From Chrysochromulina tobinii (lineage: Eukaryota), in NCBI GenBank assembly GCA_001275005.1, contig JWZX01002501.1:1-33547 (forward strand): DNA of 33,547 bases. The letters are read 5' to 3'. The notes beneath the pieces are model-generated. The model was not told the DNA's origin. It searched no databases and saw only the letters and a program-made list of their open reading frames with translations. A program made the position numbers and the translations under genes. Positions within the stretch are counted from its first letter, which is position 1, and each line of letters starts with the position of its first letter. Below, piece after piece: positions 11,484 to 20,105 of the stretch.

Positions 11484-11613
11484 CTCACCTCAGCGCGTGT
11501 AGGCGTGATCAATAACCGTCATCGCCGCCAAGGTGAATAGGTGATGATCTCACCTCAGCGCGTGTAGGCGTGATCAATAACCGTCATCGCCGCCAAGGTG
11601 AATAGGTGATGAT
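11484..11613. repeat. Perfect 65-bp tandem duplication
   Basis: CTCACCTCAGCGCGTGTAGGCGTGATCAATAACCGTCATCGCCGCCAAGGTGAATAGGTGATGAT at 11484 and 11549. Confidence 0.95.
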
Positions 11614-11806
11614 GTGTTTGAACGGGTGTGCGTACGTGTGACACGGGCTTCAATGCCAAATACTCCTCGCGGGGCTTTCTAGTGACCATATCTCCAGCCT
11701 CGGGCGCTGACCACATAAACTGCCCCAGTCATTTACGGGCATGCAAGTTTCGTCAGTCCTGGCAGATATGGCACCATCAACGGGTTAATCTCGCGAAATC
11801 GGCAAA

Positions 11807-12663
11807 ATGGTTCCGTCCGCGGAGGCGTTCGCCGACGATACGCACATGGACGCCTTGCTGTTCGAAGATGCTCTTGATAAGCGGAAATTCTCCGAGCCCT
11901 CCGGGGGGGTTGTGTGTGTCATCTGCTTCGACGAGGTCACGGCAGCAACTGGGGGGCGGGCTCTCGACTGTGCACACGTGTATCACCCGCACTGCATCGA
12001 AGGCTGGCTCAATCGTGCCGCCAGATGCCCGCAATGCCAATACCCCGTTCCAGAAGCTGAGGCGCAGGTGGCAGCTTATCGCGCTGCGGCCGGCTTCGGA
12101 GATGATTTCACACGAGATGAGGTGAGCAGGCCTGTCTCCCGCTGGCTGCACCTGCTCTCAGCTGGTTGCGACACGGCTGGCTTGCGGCTGAGCTGCTGCA
12201 CGCGATGGGCAAGCTCGCGGCACCAGCGGGCGCGGAGGCGGCCGTGGCAACTCCTGGCCCGCTCGTTCGCGATGTCTCGGCCCTGCTCCAGCCTCCCGGG
12301 GTGCTCCGACGCTGATCAGTCTGTGTGTGTCCTGTGCTGCATCTGCAGGCAGCTGTGGCCAATCAACGCTACATGGTCGTCGTGCGCAGGAATCGCCTGG
12401 CCGAGATCGAGGTCCTTCGGACGCTTCACAACCTGAGCCACTTCGAGTTCGACGCCGTCGAGGCCAACATTCAGCGCCTCCGTGAACTGCGGCCGTGGGG
12501 GATTCTCTACGGCGCCCCGTTGGATGCGAACGGGCGTGTGCAATATGAGCGATATGAGGGGCAGCACGAGCACGAAGTCGCCGTCGAGCCACACGCCACG
12601 AGTCAACATGGGCCCGGTGGTTTCTTCACCCATGCCCTCCGTGCCTGCATTCCAGCTGCTTGA
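11807..12663 (+). CDS. RING-H2 finger protein (putative E3 ubiquitin ligase), ~209 aa; predicted exons 11807-12121 and 12349-12663
   Basis: C3H2C3 pattern CVIC...CAHVYHPHCIEGW..CPQC. Donor GAG|GTGAGC at 12122 and acceptor CTGCAG at 12348 join in phase 0 to AAVANQRYMVVVRR...IPAA-stop. Confidence 0.75.
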
Positions 12664-12987
12664 GTGCTAGGGGCGCCGGCAGTGAGGCACTCCCAATTAG
12701 GCACTCCCACTCCGAACAAGCCTCTCTCGTCAGGAAGACCCGAGTGCTCAAGATACGCAGTGCTCGGGATACGTGTACATTTTTTAGAGCGAGGTCCTCC
12801 CTCTGTGCCCCCGGCATGGAGGCCCTCGTGGTTCCGCGTGGTAGACTGTGCGGTGCTGACTAGTTCCCCGAGCCCACCGCGCGGGTCGGCATATGCCCCG
12901 TCTCTCTGTGGGTGTTTGTGTTCGGCTCCTTGAAGGTGCCGAGAAAATGGCCCACGTCGTTCACGGTGTGAACGAAATCGGCGTTCT

Positions 12988-14667
12988 ATGCGAGAGCTCC
13001 CGACGCCGCCCCCGCCTCCGATGCCGCCACTCCGAGTGCCCACCCTCGACGTCTCCGCGGACGAGGGGTCGGCCGCCGATGATGATTACATCGACGGCCA
13101 TTCCTCACCGTGCTCACAGAGCGACGACAGCAGCGCCGATGAGATCTTTGGCGCCTCCTTGGCGGCCGCGCGTCCCGATCCGCTGCCAGTGTTTGGAGCC
13201 GTTGCGGCCACTCTTGGCTCTCTCCGCGCGGCGGCACCCACTCAGCCTGACCATGCGGAGCACCCGACGGTTCGGGCGGCTCTCCTCGGCACTGCGAGCC
13301 TCAAGCTGTGGAACAGGTGCGACCTACCGCCACACACGACCTTCAAGCAGCTCGAGCAGCCATCCACGAGCGTCCCCGTCCAGTGCGCCATCTTCGCCAC
13401 GCATACGTGCTTCGCGCTGCCGAGCGGCCGCCTCGCCAACAAGTCGAACACGTTACACCGCTTCGAGCTGGCCGAGCATGTGTCCGCGCCGCTGAATGCA
13501 AAGCTCGAGGCATGGGTGTTGGGGCAGGAGCGCCGCGCTGCGTTGAGCACTGACGAGCCGGGCCACGGGAGCGATGCCGGCGTGAGCAAGACCAACCAGG
13601 GTGGCTTCCAAACCTACAGCGACATCTTCAGCGGCCAGGAGGGTGCCGCGCGGCATCGCTCCTTCCGACCGTGCCGCACGATGCATGCCGTGATGAGCGC
13701 GGCGATGGACGAGCTAGGTCCGTCCGTCTACCCCGACGAGCACACACGTCCACGGCCGGGCGAGCCTCATGCCGCTGAGGGATGGGCGAACGTCAATCGT
13801 CCTGGACTCGGCGATCACAACATCATGCACATCCACGATCCTGGCCGTTGGAGCGCCGTGTACTTTGTAGCTGATGGGACGTGCCGAGTGGGGGAGGAGG
13901 CCGGGGCAACGGACATCACACGCGCGTCATGCGAGGATGGCGCCGTGCCGCCGATCTCGGGACGGCCAGATCCAATCTCGGGAGTGCCATCGGAGCCCAC
14001 TCCTTTGCCGGCGCCTGTGCCGGGACAGGCGGTGATGGCACCGGTAGTTCCGAAGAGGCACGAGGCGCTCGCAGTCGCACCGCCGCCCTCGGCACTGGGA
14101 CTGAGTCCTTTGCCCCTCCCACCCCATCCGAACGAAGTGCGAGCGCCTCCAACGAGTCAACGGACGTACCCTAAGCAGGTCGACCCACCTGCCGCGCCAC
14201 TGGCGGCTTCCAGCGCGCAGCGGCAGCCACTCGAGGGCCATCTGCTCTTCCGTGGGGGGCCCTTGCCGCGCACGTGGTGTGCTAGCTACGAGGCGGCAAC
14301 ACCTTCTGGAGAGGCTTCATCTGAAGTGGCTCAGGCCTCGGCGGCGGGGTTTCGTCAGGCCTCGGCGGTCCCTGGTGGCATGGCGCAGCCCTTGCCGCAC
14401 GCGTATCTTGCGGTGCCACCGCGTCCAGGCACACTCTGGCTCTTCCCCGGCGAGGTTCCTCACACTGTTCTCCCAGCCCAGATCAAACCTCCGGCCGAGA
14501 TCGCAGCCGAGATCACACCTCCGGTCCTCGGGAGCTCTTCCGCTGCGCGTGCGCCCGCGTTCATGAATGCTGGGCATGCTCCACGCATCTCCATCGCGGT
14601 CAACTTTGTGGACGCCATCCCACCGCCTCCTGCCCAAGCCCGCGAGGTCTCCGCTGCTGCTGCGTGA
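12988..14667 (+). CDS. 2OG-Fe(II) oxygenase, TIGR02466/2OG-FeII_Oxy_5-like, with Pro/Ala-rich insertions (5' end uncertain)
   Basis: Family motifs SKTNQGGFQT, WANVNRPGLGDHNIMHIHDPGRWSAVYFV (HxH), PRPGTLWLFPGEVPHTV (distal His), RISIAVNF. Confidence 0.8.
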   Translation: MRELPTPPPPPMPPLRVPTLDVSADEGSAADDDYIDGHSSPCSQSDDSSADEIFGASLAAARPDPLPVFGAVAATLGSLRAAAPTQPDHAEHPTVRAALLGTASLKLWNRCDLPPHTTFKQLEQPSTSVPVQCAIFATHTCFALPSGRLANKSNTLHRFELAEHVSAPLNAKLEAWVLGQERRAALSTDEPGHGSDAGVSKTNQGGFQTYSDIFSGQEGAARHRSFRPCRTMHAVMSAAMDELGPSVYPDEHTRPRPGEPHAAEGWANVNRPGLGDHNIMHIHDPGRWSAVYFVADGTCRVGEEAGATDITRASCEDGAVPPISGRPDPISGVPSEPTPLPAPVPGQAVMAPVVPKRHEALAVAPPPSALGLSPLPLPPHPNEVRAPPTSQRTYPKQVDPPAAPLAASSAQRQPLEGHLLFRGGPLPRTWCASYEAATPSGEASSEVAQASAAGFRQASAVPGGMAQPLPHAYLAVPPRPGTLWLFPGEVPHTVLPAQIKPPAEIAAEITPPVLGSSSAARAPAFMNAGHAPRISIAVNFVDAIPPPPAQAREVSAAAA

Positions 14668-14965
14668 AAGGGATTCAGAAAGCAGTTGAGGGGGACGGGG
14701 GACCACTTCTGGAGTCTGGGAGGTTGCTCTATTTATCCAGATCCTCACGACGAGCCGACAGTAAAATGTATACTTGAGCCAAACATGTATTAAGCACGGC
14801 ATAGAGCCGGACCCCTCAGGTCAGCCCTCACCCGCTACGAAGTACGAACCCCGATCTGGCTAAACCTAAAGCAAAAGGCAAAACACTGAAGCAATGGATT
14901 GAAGGCGACGGCCCAACAGGTTAAGCACGGAACAGATGAAGCGCACCTTCCCAAGGCTATGACGG

Positions 14966-15754
14966 TCAGCCCTGCCCCCTGCGGCGTTTGCTGCGGCCGC
15001 TGGTTGTTGTCGGCCCATCACCTCCCACCGTCGTCTTCGCCTCTGCGCATGCGCCAGCCTCGGCGGCCTCTGTCTCGGCGGCTTCTGCGCCGGCATGGGG
15101 CAGCAACGCTGCGATGCGCTTCTTGGCCGCAGACCACTCAGGCGTGCCGACCGGGTGATCGACGATAAAGCCGCAGCTCTGCATGAGAGAGTAACAAGTC
15201 TTGGGCCCCACGAAGCGGAAGCCGCGCGCCTTGAGCGCCTTGCTCATCGCGCGACTGACCTCGGACTCAGTCGGGATCTCTCCGGCGTGGACCCACTCAT
15301 TGAGTTGCGGCCGGCCACCCACAAACGACCAGAGGTACGCATCGAAGTGGCCATGTGGCGGTGCGGTGCGCCCGTCACGCGCGGCCTCGTCGATGAGTTC
15401 TTGCACGCATCTAGCATTATCCACGACTGATTGGATCTTGCCGCGGTGCCGCACGATGCTCGAGGCGCCGCCGCTGCTGCCGTCGCCACCGACGAGCCGG
15501 TCGACGTCCGCGTCCGTCATGGCGGCGCAGGCCGCAATATCGAAGCCTGCAAAGGCTGTGCGGTACGCCTCACGCTTACTCAAAATAAGCGCCCACGAGA
15601 GCCCCGCCTGCGCGCCTTCGAGCGAGAGCTTCTCGAACAACGACACGTCGCCGCGCTTCGGGTGGCCCCACTCGTCGCGCATGTAGCGTTTGTAGTCCTC
15701 CGACATTGCACCGCGGTAGAACGCCTCGAACCAGGCTGGAGTTGTCGACAGCAT
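14966..15754 (-). CDS. tag: DNA-3-methyladenine glycosylase I (Tag family)
   Basis: EWGHP..LFEKLSLEGAQAGLSWALILSKREAYRTAFAGFD, IVRHRGKIQSVVDNAR, SKALKARGFRFVGPKTCYSLMQSCGFIVDH; basic NLS-like tail RSKRRR. Confidence 0.93.
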   Translation of the reverse strand: MLSTTPAWFEAFYRGAMSEDYKRYMRDEWGHPKRGDVSLFEKLSLEGAQAGLSWALILSKREAYRTAFAGFDIAACAAMTDADVDRLVGGDGSSGGASSIVRHRGKIQSVVDNARCVQELIDEAARDGRTAPPHGHFDAYLWSFVGGRPQLNEWVHAGEIPTESEVSRAMSKALKARGFRFVGPKTCYSLMQSCGFIVDHPVGTPEWSAAKKRIAALLPHAGAEAAETEAAEAGACAEAKTTVGGDGPTTTSGRSKRRRGQG

Positions 15755-15849
15755 GAGTCGAGAAGATGGGGTGTGTGAATGTGAACAAGTGTGTTCTTGA
15801 AATTCTTAGACACGTATGCCCAAGTTCAATCTGACCTTTCGACCACCAC

Positions 15850-17742
15850 TTAGTAATTCAACTTGTACACACACGGCATCTGCGGCTCCGGTGGCTCTCG
15901 ATCGCAGTCGCCCTCGAGCACGACGCGCCACACCAGGAGCTCCTCGAGCGGTAAGTAGTCTTGCTGGCGCCGGACGCCGCGCGCGTCGAGTGCATGCACG
16001 TACGCGACGCGCGCCATGTCCATGGACGGCCCGTAGACGGACTCGACTCTGCAGAGCCATCCCTCGCCGCCAAACTCGTGGCAAGGCAGGCTGGGCCAGT
16101 GGCGCGCTGGGCAGATGACGAGTCTTCCATGAAGCGCGCCGCCGTATGCGATCGCAGCCTCGCGTGCACAGGCCTCCACTTCGAGGGACGTCGCGGCAAA
16201 GTTGTGCGTGTCGGAGACGCCCGGTCCCGCATAGACCCTGTACGCGACCGGCCGGGGGATATCCGAAGTGTTGGCCAGGCCACGATGCTCGACACGGTAC
16301 TCAAACAGGAGGAGCTGACCTTTTCGCAGCGTGGGTGCCACCGGCGTAGGCGTGGAGAAGAGGTCCGGGAGGGTCCACTCGCCGTCGGGTAGGCTTGCAT
16401 AGCCGGTCCGGAGCTCTGTCGGCCCATGTTGCAGGTCGACATCGACGAGCGGCATGAAGGCGTTCACGATCCCGGGCATCGAGCCGTCCCGATGGTAGTG
16501 CTGCGCGCTCGCTCCTGGCCGACTGACCAAGACGCCCGACCGGTCGACGCGCGCAGGAGGGGGTGGCGGAGGGAGGCTCGACGCTGAGCATGCATGCATC
16601 GGAGAGGATGCATGCATGCATTCCACTTCACGCAGAGTGCATGCATCGGAGAGGCTCGACGCCGAGCATGCACTCTCCGATGGGCAGGGTGGCAGGTGGG
16701 CTGGCACGTCTGTAAGCAGTAAGCCCGAAGCTTGTAGCACGGGCTCGGCCCACGCGTCGATGACGGCGTGAAGCTCCGCCCATCTGCTGCGAGCCTCGAG
16801 CATCGCATCCGTGGGCAGGAGTGGTAGGTCGAATCGTAGTGCGCCCGCATCGCGTTGCATGAGCTCCGCGAAGTCGAGCCGATCGTACTGAGGGTCGAGC
16901 CCGAGGTTACGGCACAGCCCCTGCAGTCTTTCGAGACGCTCGCTGCTCGCCGCAGCGCACTCGTCGCACAGGGTGGCGGTGGCGAGGCCCGTCGATAATG
17001 TAGCCCCGCCCGCATCCACCGCAACGGTCGGACTTGCCGCGAGGATGCAAAACCCATGCCGACGCATGCATGCAGCTGCGTCGCTCACCCAATTAGGAGC
17101 GCCGCCAACGAAGGTGAAGTCGGCGGGAGCGGGCGGTGCCAGGGCCGGCGTCCCGGTAGAGTGCAGGGCCCTTGCCGTCGCCATGAGTGTTTTTAGCCCC
17201 GTCGTCGAGGCCGGGAAGCGAAGCTTCGCCATCATCGGTTGGAGCTCTCCGAGGGCACAAGCTAGCACGGCGTGAGTGACCTCGCCATCGGTGGTGTCAC
17301 CGACGAACTTGGTCCTCGATGCTGCCGCGCGGAGTGCCCGAAACAGTGCCGTGCGCCTGCGCCCCTGGAAGCCACTCGCTAGCAGCGCGGTGGCGAGTTC
17401 GTCCATGGCCTCAACATGGGCAAGGGGCGTGTTGAAGAAGAGACGCACCACAGCCGCCGCACTCGCTGCCACGTCGAGCAAAAGCTGCAACTCCCCGCAG
17501 GTATCATCGAGACGGTCGCCAGTCTGTAGCAGCGCATGAGTTAGCGCATGACGATCCCAGAGCTGACCGTCAAAGATGCCACTTGATCGGCCAGCAGTGT
17601 CAGACGAGGCACATCGGAGCCCACACTTGGCGCTTTCTGCCATGAGGGAGAGCACGCTTTCACGGATGTGCACAGCATCGCGCTGAGCAAGCGCATCGTC
17701 CAGCACGCGCAATCCATGGAGGATGCGCTCTGGCGCTGTCAT
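15850..17742 (-). CDS. Phytanoyl-CoA dioxygenase (PhyH)-like 2OG-Fe(II) dioxygenase with N-terminal helical region and small C-terminal domain; frame is open to 17952, start chosen at MTAPER
   Basis: MRRHGFCIL, QRDAGALRFDL, GVLVSRPGASAQHYHRDG (HxD), VNAFMPLVDVDLQHGPTEL, LRKGQLLLFEYRVEHRGLANTSDIPRPVAY (distal His and Arg). Confidence 0.82.
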   Translation of the reverse strand: MTAPERILHGLRVLDDALAQRDAVHIRESVLSLMAESAKCGLRCASSDTAGRSSGIFDGQLWDRHALTHALLQTGDRLDDTCGELQLLLDVAASAAAVVRLFFNTPLAHVEAMDELATALLASGFQGRRRTALFRALRAAASRTKFVGDTTDGEVTHAVLACALGELQPMMAKLRFPASTTGLKTLMATARALHSTGTPALAPPAPADFTFVGGAPNWVSDAAACMRRHGFCILAASPTVAVDAGGATLSTGLATATLCDECAAASSERLERLQGLCRNLGLDPQYDRLDFAELMQRDAGALRFDLPLLPTDAMLEARSRWAELHAVIDAWAEPVLQASGLLLTDVPAHLPPCPSESACSASSLSDACTLREVECMHASSPMHACSASSLPPPPPPARVDRSGVLVSRPGASAQHYHRDGSMPGIVNAFMPLVDVDLQHGPTELRTGYASLPDGEWTLPDLFSTPTPVAPTLRKGQLLLFEYRVEHRGLANTSDIPRPVAYRVYAGPGVSDTHNFAATSLEVEACAREAAIAYGGALHGRLVICPARHWPSLPCHEFGGEGWLCRVESVYGPSMDMARVAYVHALDARGVRRQQDYLPLEELLVWRVVLEGDCDREPPEPQMPCVYKLNY

Positions 17743-18266
17743 GCTCACGGTCGCCTGCGGCTGGACGGCGCAGGCCCGTTTTGCGCGCGCGCGCTCTCTT
17801 GCTTCGTGTGAACGTAACACGACGCTGTTAAGAAGACACCAACACCCAGATACTTGTATGGAGCATGCGCGAGCTCGCGGCATTGAGGATGGTTTGGGCG
17901 CAATGTTTGGGCGGCGGCGGCTTAAAGATGGCGGTGGAGAAGTTAGCAACATGGTGCGTATAGAAGCTGTGGGGGGACGCGCGGCCCTATGTGCGGTTTA
18001 CCGTAATATCATCGAACGAAGCTGGTGAAAGGGAAACATATGATTCCTGCGCCTTCTTGATGTGCACTCTTCAAGCATTCAACTTGTAAAGTGCATGCGT
18101 TTCAATCGCCATTCCACGTTCCTTCGTGTACCTTCGTAAAGCTGCCGGAGCGAGTGATTTTGTGGTCTGCGGGGGGGCTGGCGATCTCGTTTGGTGGGAT
18201 CGTTTTCACTAATGAGAAGTTCGTTGCGGCGAAACGGCCAAACCAATGACTTCGAGGAAAATACGA

Positions 18267-19286
18267 ATGAGATTAGTCCTCATCATCGTGCTCTCTCAAT
18301 TGACGCCGTCCGCTGCCTTCCATGCCGCTGTCGCGAGCCCCCACCGCGCTGTGGCTCTCGAGAGGCGGGTCACCGTCCCAGTCGCGCTGAGCGCCATTGC
18401 AGCGGCACCGGTACCGATGACTCTCGGCGAATGCGTCCGTGCTGATGCTGCTCGAGCGTCGGTGCAGTGCAAGATTCTGGCTGGCAGCGTCGCGGAGACC
18501 GTGAGGTCGCTCTCAGCCTCTGTGGTGCAGCAGTGCAGCTCATGTGCGAGCACTGCGTACGCTGTTGCCATCCCGGTCGCACAACAAGCTGTCGCCGCTG
18601 TCGCTGCCCGTCCACGCCTCTTTGCTGCGATCGTGCTTGCCTTTTGGGCGTGCACCCTTGCCGGGCGGCTCCTGTTTCGGCAGAAGCTAGTGGCGGTGGC
18701 ATCGCCACCACCGACAAAATCGCCCGGAGTTTCATTTGGCTCTTCGAAGCCCAAGCCTGCGGCTCCGATCGCCAAGCCCAAGCCTGCGGCCGTGGTCGTC
18801 AAGCCCAAGCCAGCTGCGACGAAGCCGGCTGCGACGAAGGCGACGGTGACGACGACGAAGCCCAAGGAGGCGGCCGTGGAGGAGGAGAATCCGTTGCTTT
18901 CGTTCGCCACGGCGATCGGTCTTGCGGCGGCGGATGCAGTGGCGTCCACCGCTGAGGCACTCATCAGCACCGCAGCCGAGTCGACGAGCGTTGCGGCGAG
19001 CGGCAAAGCAGCTCCGAAGGCAACGGTGGGCACGGCAAAGGCGGACAGCGTAACGGTGCCAAAGGTGCCCAACGGTGCCATCGAAGAGACGGAGCTTTGG
19101 CGAGATGCGATGCAGACCATGAGCGAGATGAAGGATGTCATCCGCGATCAGGTGATCATGCTGGAGCAGCTCAAGGCCCGGGTGGACGAGCTCGAGGTGC
19201 TCAACACGGCGCAGACCAACGAGCTAAACCAGCTCAAGAAGCTCAAGCCACCTTCCCAATCGGGCACTGCCGGTGCGCGCAAGTGA
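18267..19286 (+). CDS. Hypothetical protein with signal peptide/bipartite plastid-targeting-like presequence, TM helix, Lys/Pro/Ala-rich linker and C-terminal coiled coil
   Basis: MRLVLIIVLSQLTPSAA-FHAAVASPHR; TM LFAAIVLAFWACTLAGRLLF; KPKPAA repeats; heptads VIRDQVIMLEQLKARVDELEVLN. Confidence 0.72.
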   Translation: MRLVLIIVLSQLTPSAAFHAAVASPHRAVALERRVTVPVALSAIAAAPVPMTLGECVRADAARASVQCKILAGSVAETVRSLSASVVQQCSSCASTAYAVAIPVAQQAVAAVAARPRLFAAIVLAFWACTLAGRLLFRQKLVAVASPPPTKSPGVSFGSSKPKPAAPIAKPKPAAVVVKPKPAATKPAATKATVTTTKPKEAAVEEENPLLSFATAIGLAAADAVASTAEALISTAAESTSVAASGKAAPKATVGTAKADSVTVPKVPNGAIEETELWRDAMQTMSEMKDVIRDQVIMLEQLKARVDELEVLNTAQTNELNQLKKLKPPSQSGTAGARK

Positions 19287-19700
19287 GCGCCGACGAGGTT
19301 TGTGGGACTGTTGGGCGAGATCAGCAGCGTGAGATGTGCCAGCATGGGCATGGGGCGATTGAGGCCATGGGCCACACGCCGCGCGGTATTGTGAGCGAGA
19401 TCAGCATCGAGCATGGCATGCAAGAGAACGATTCACAGGCGGCTGGTGGCAGTCGGTGCATGAGTCGGTGGCGGTGTGGGTCGCATGCGGTGGCCGTTAG
19501 GAGGTGGCCGATGGGTATAGTGCGCAGCACGGGGTGGGGATGTTATTTTCAGTCCAGTGAGATATTCGACTGCGTCAACTAAGCGAGATGACACTCCAAT
19601 ACACAATTGAGTAGCCCGAGCGAGCGAGTACTCAGGACTTGTGTTGACCGAGGGGGAGCCGGGAGCCGCGTCCTTACTTTGTGCTTTGAGTATACGGTGT

Positions 19701-19743
19701 GGTGAGCGCGGGGGGACCGCGACGAAACTGACTGACTGACTGA
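19701..19743 (+). repeat. Dispersed repeat, copy 1: GGTGAGCGCGGGGGGACCGCGACGA-N3-(TGAC)n
   Basis: Identical to 26744-26786 apart from a 3-nt spacer. Confidence 0.85.
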
Positions 19744-20105
19744 AGACTCGACTGAAAGCTGCTGAGTGCTGAACTGAAAGTGCGAGTGACCCGTCGGACT
19801 CTCCCCTTGGGCCGTTCAGTCAATTTTGCGTTTAATAAGCGTTCAATAAGGGGCCTCAGCGAGTTACATTGTAGTCTTGTCGCGGCCGCTCGGCGCCATG
19901 TCGACCATGTCCGCGCGGCACGACGGTGTGGCTCGGTGCACGTTTAGTCAACTGACTGAAGAATGTCCAGAAATTCCTGAATGGGGAATTTTCTTCTGGG
20001 GGTAAGAGGCCACTTCGCGTCGTCTTGGCACGAAGCACGATCGGCACGATGTCGGGTCTGGAGTCAACCGGTGGTTGGGCGTCCCCGTGTCCCTCTGAGC
20101 AAAAC

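Noticed and set aside
11106..11540. Pro-rich + strand ORF as a confident gene
   Set aside because: No recognisable domain and it ends within the 65-bp duplication; mentioned only as part of the patchwork island
12122..12436. C-terminal half of the unspliced 209-aa RING ORF
   Set aside because: Better explained as intron read-through given the strong GTGAGC donor and CTGCAG acceptor
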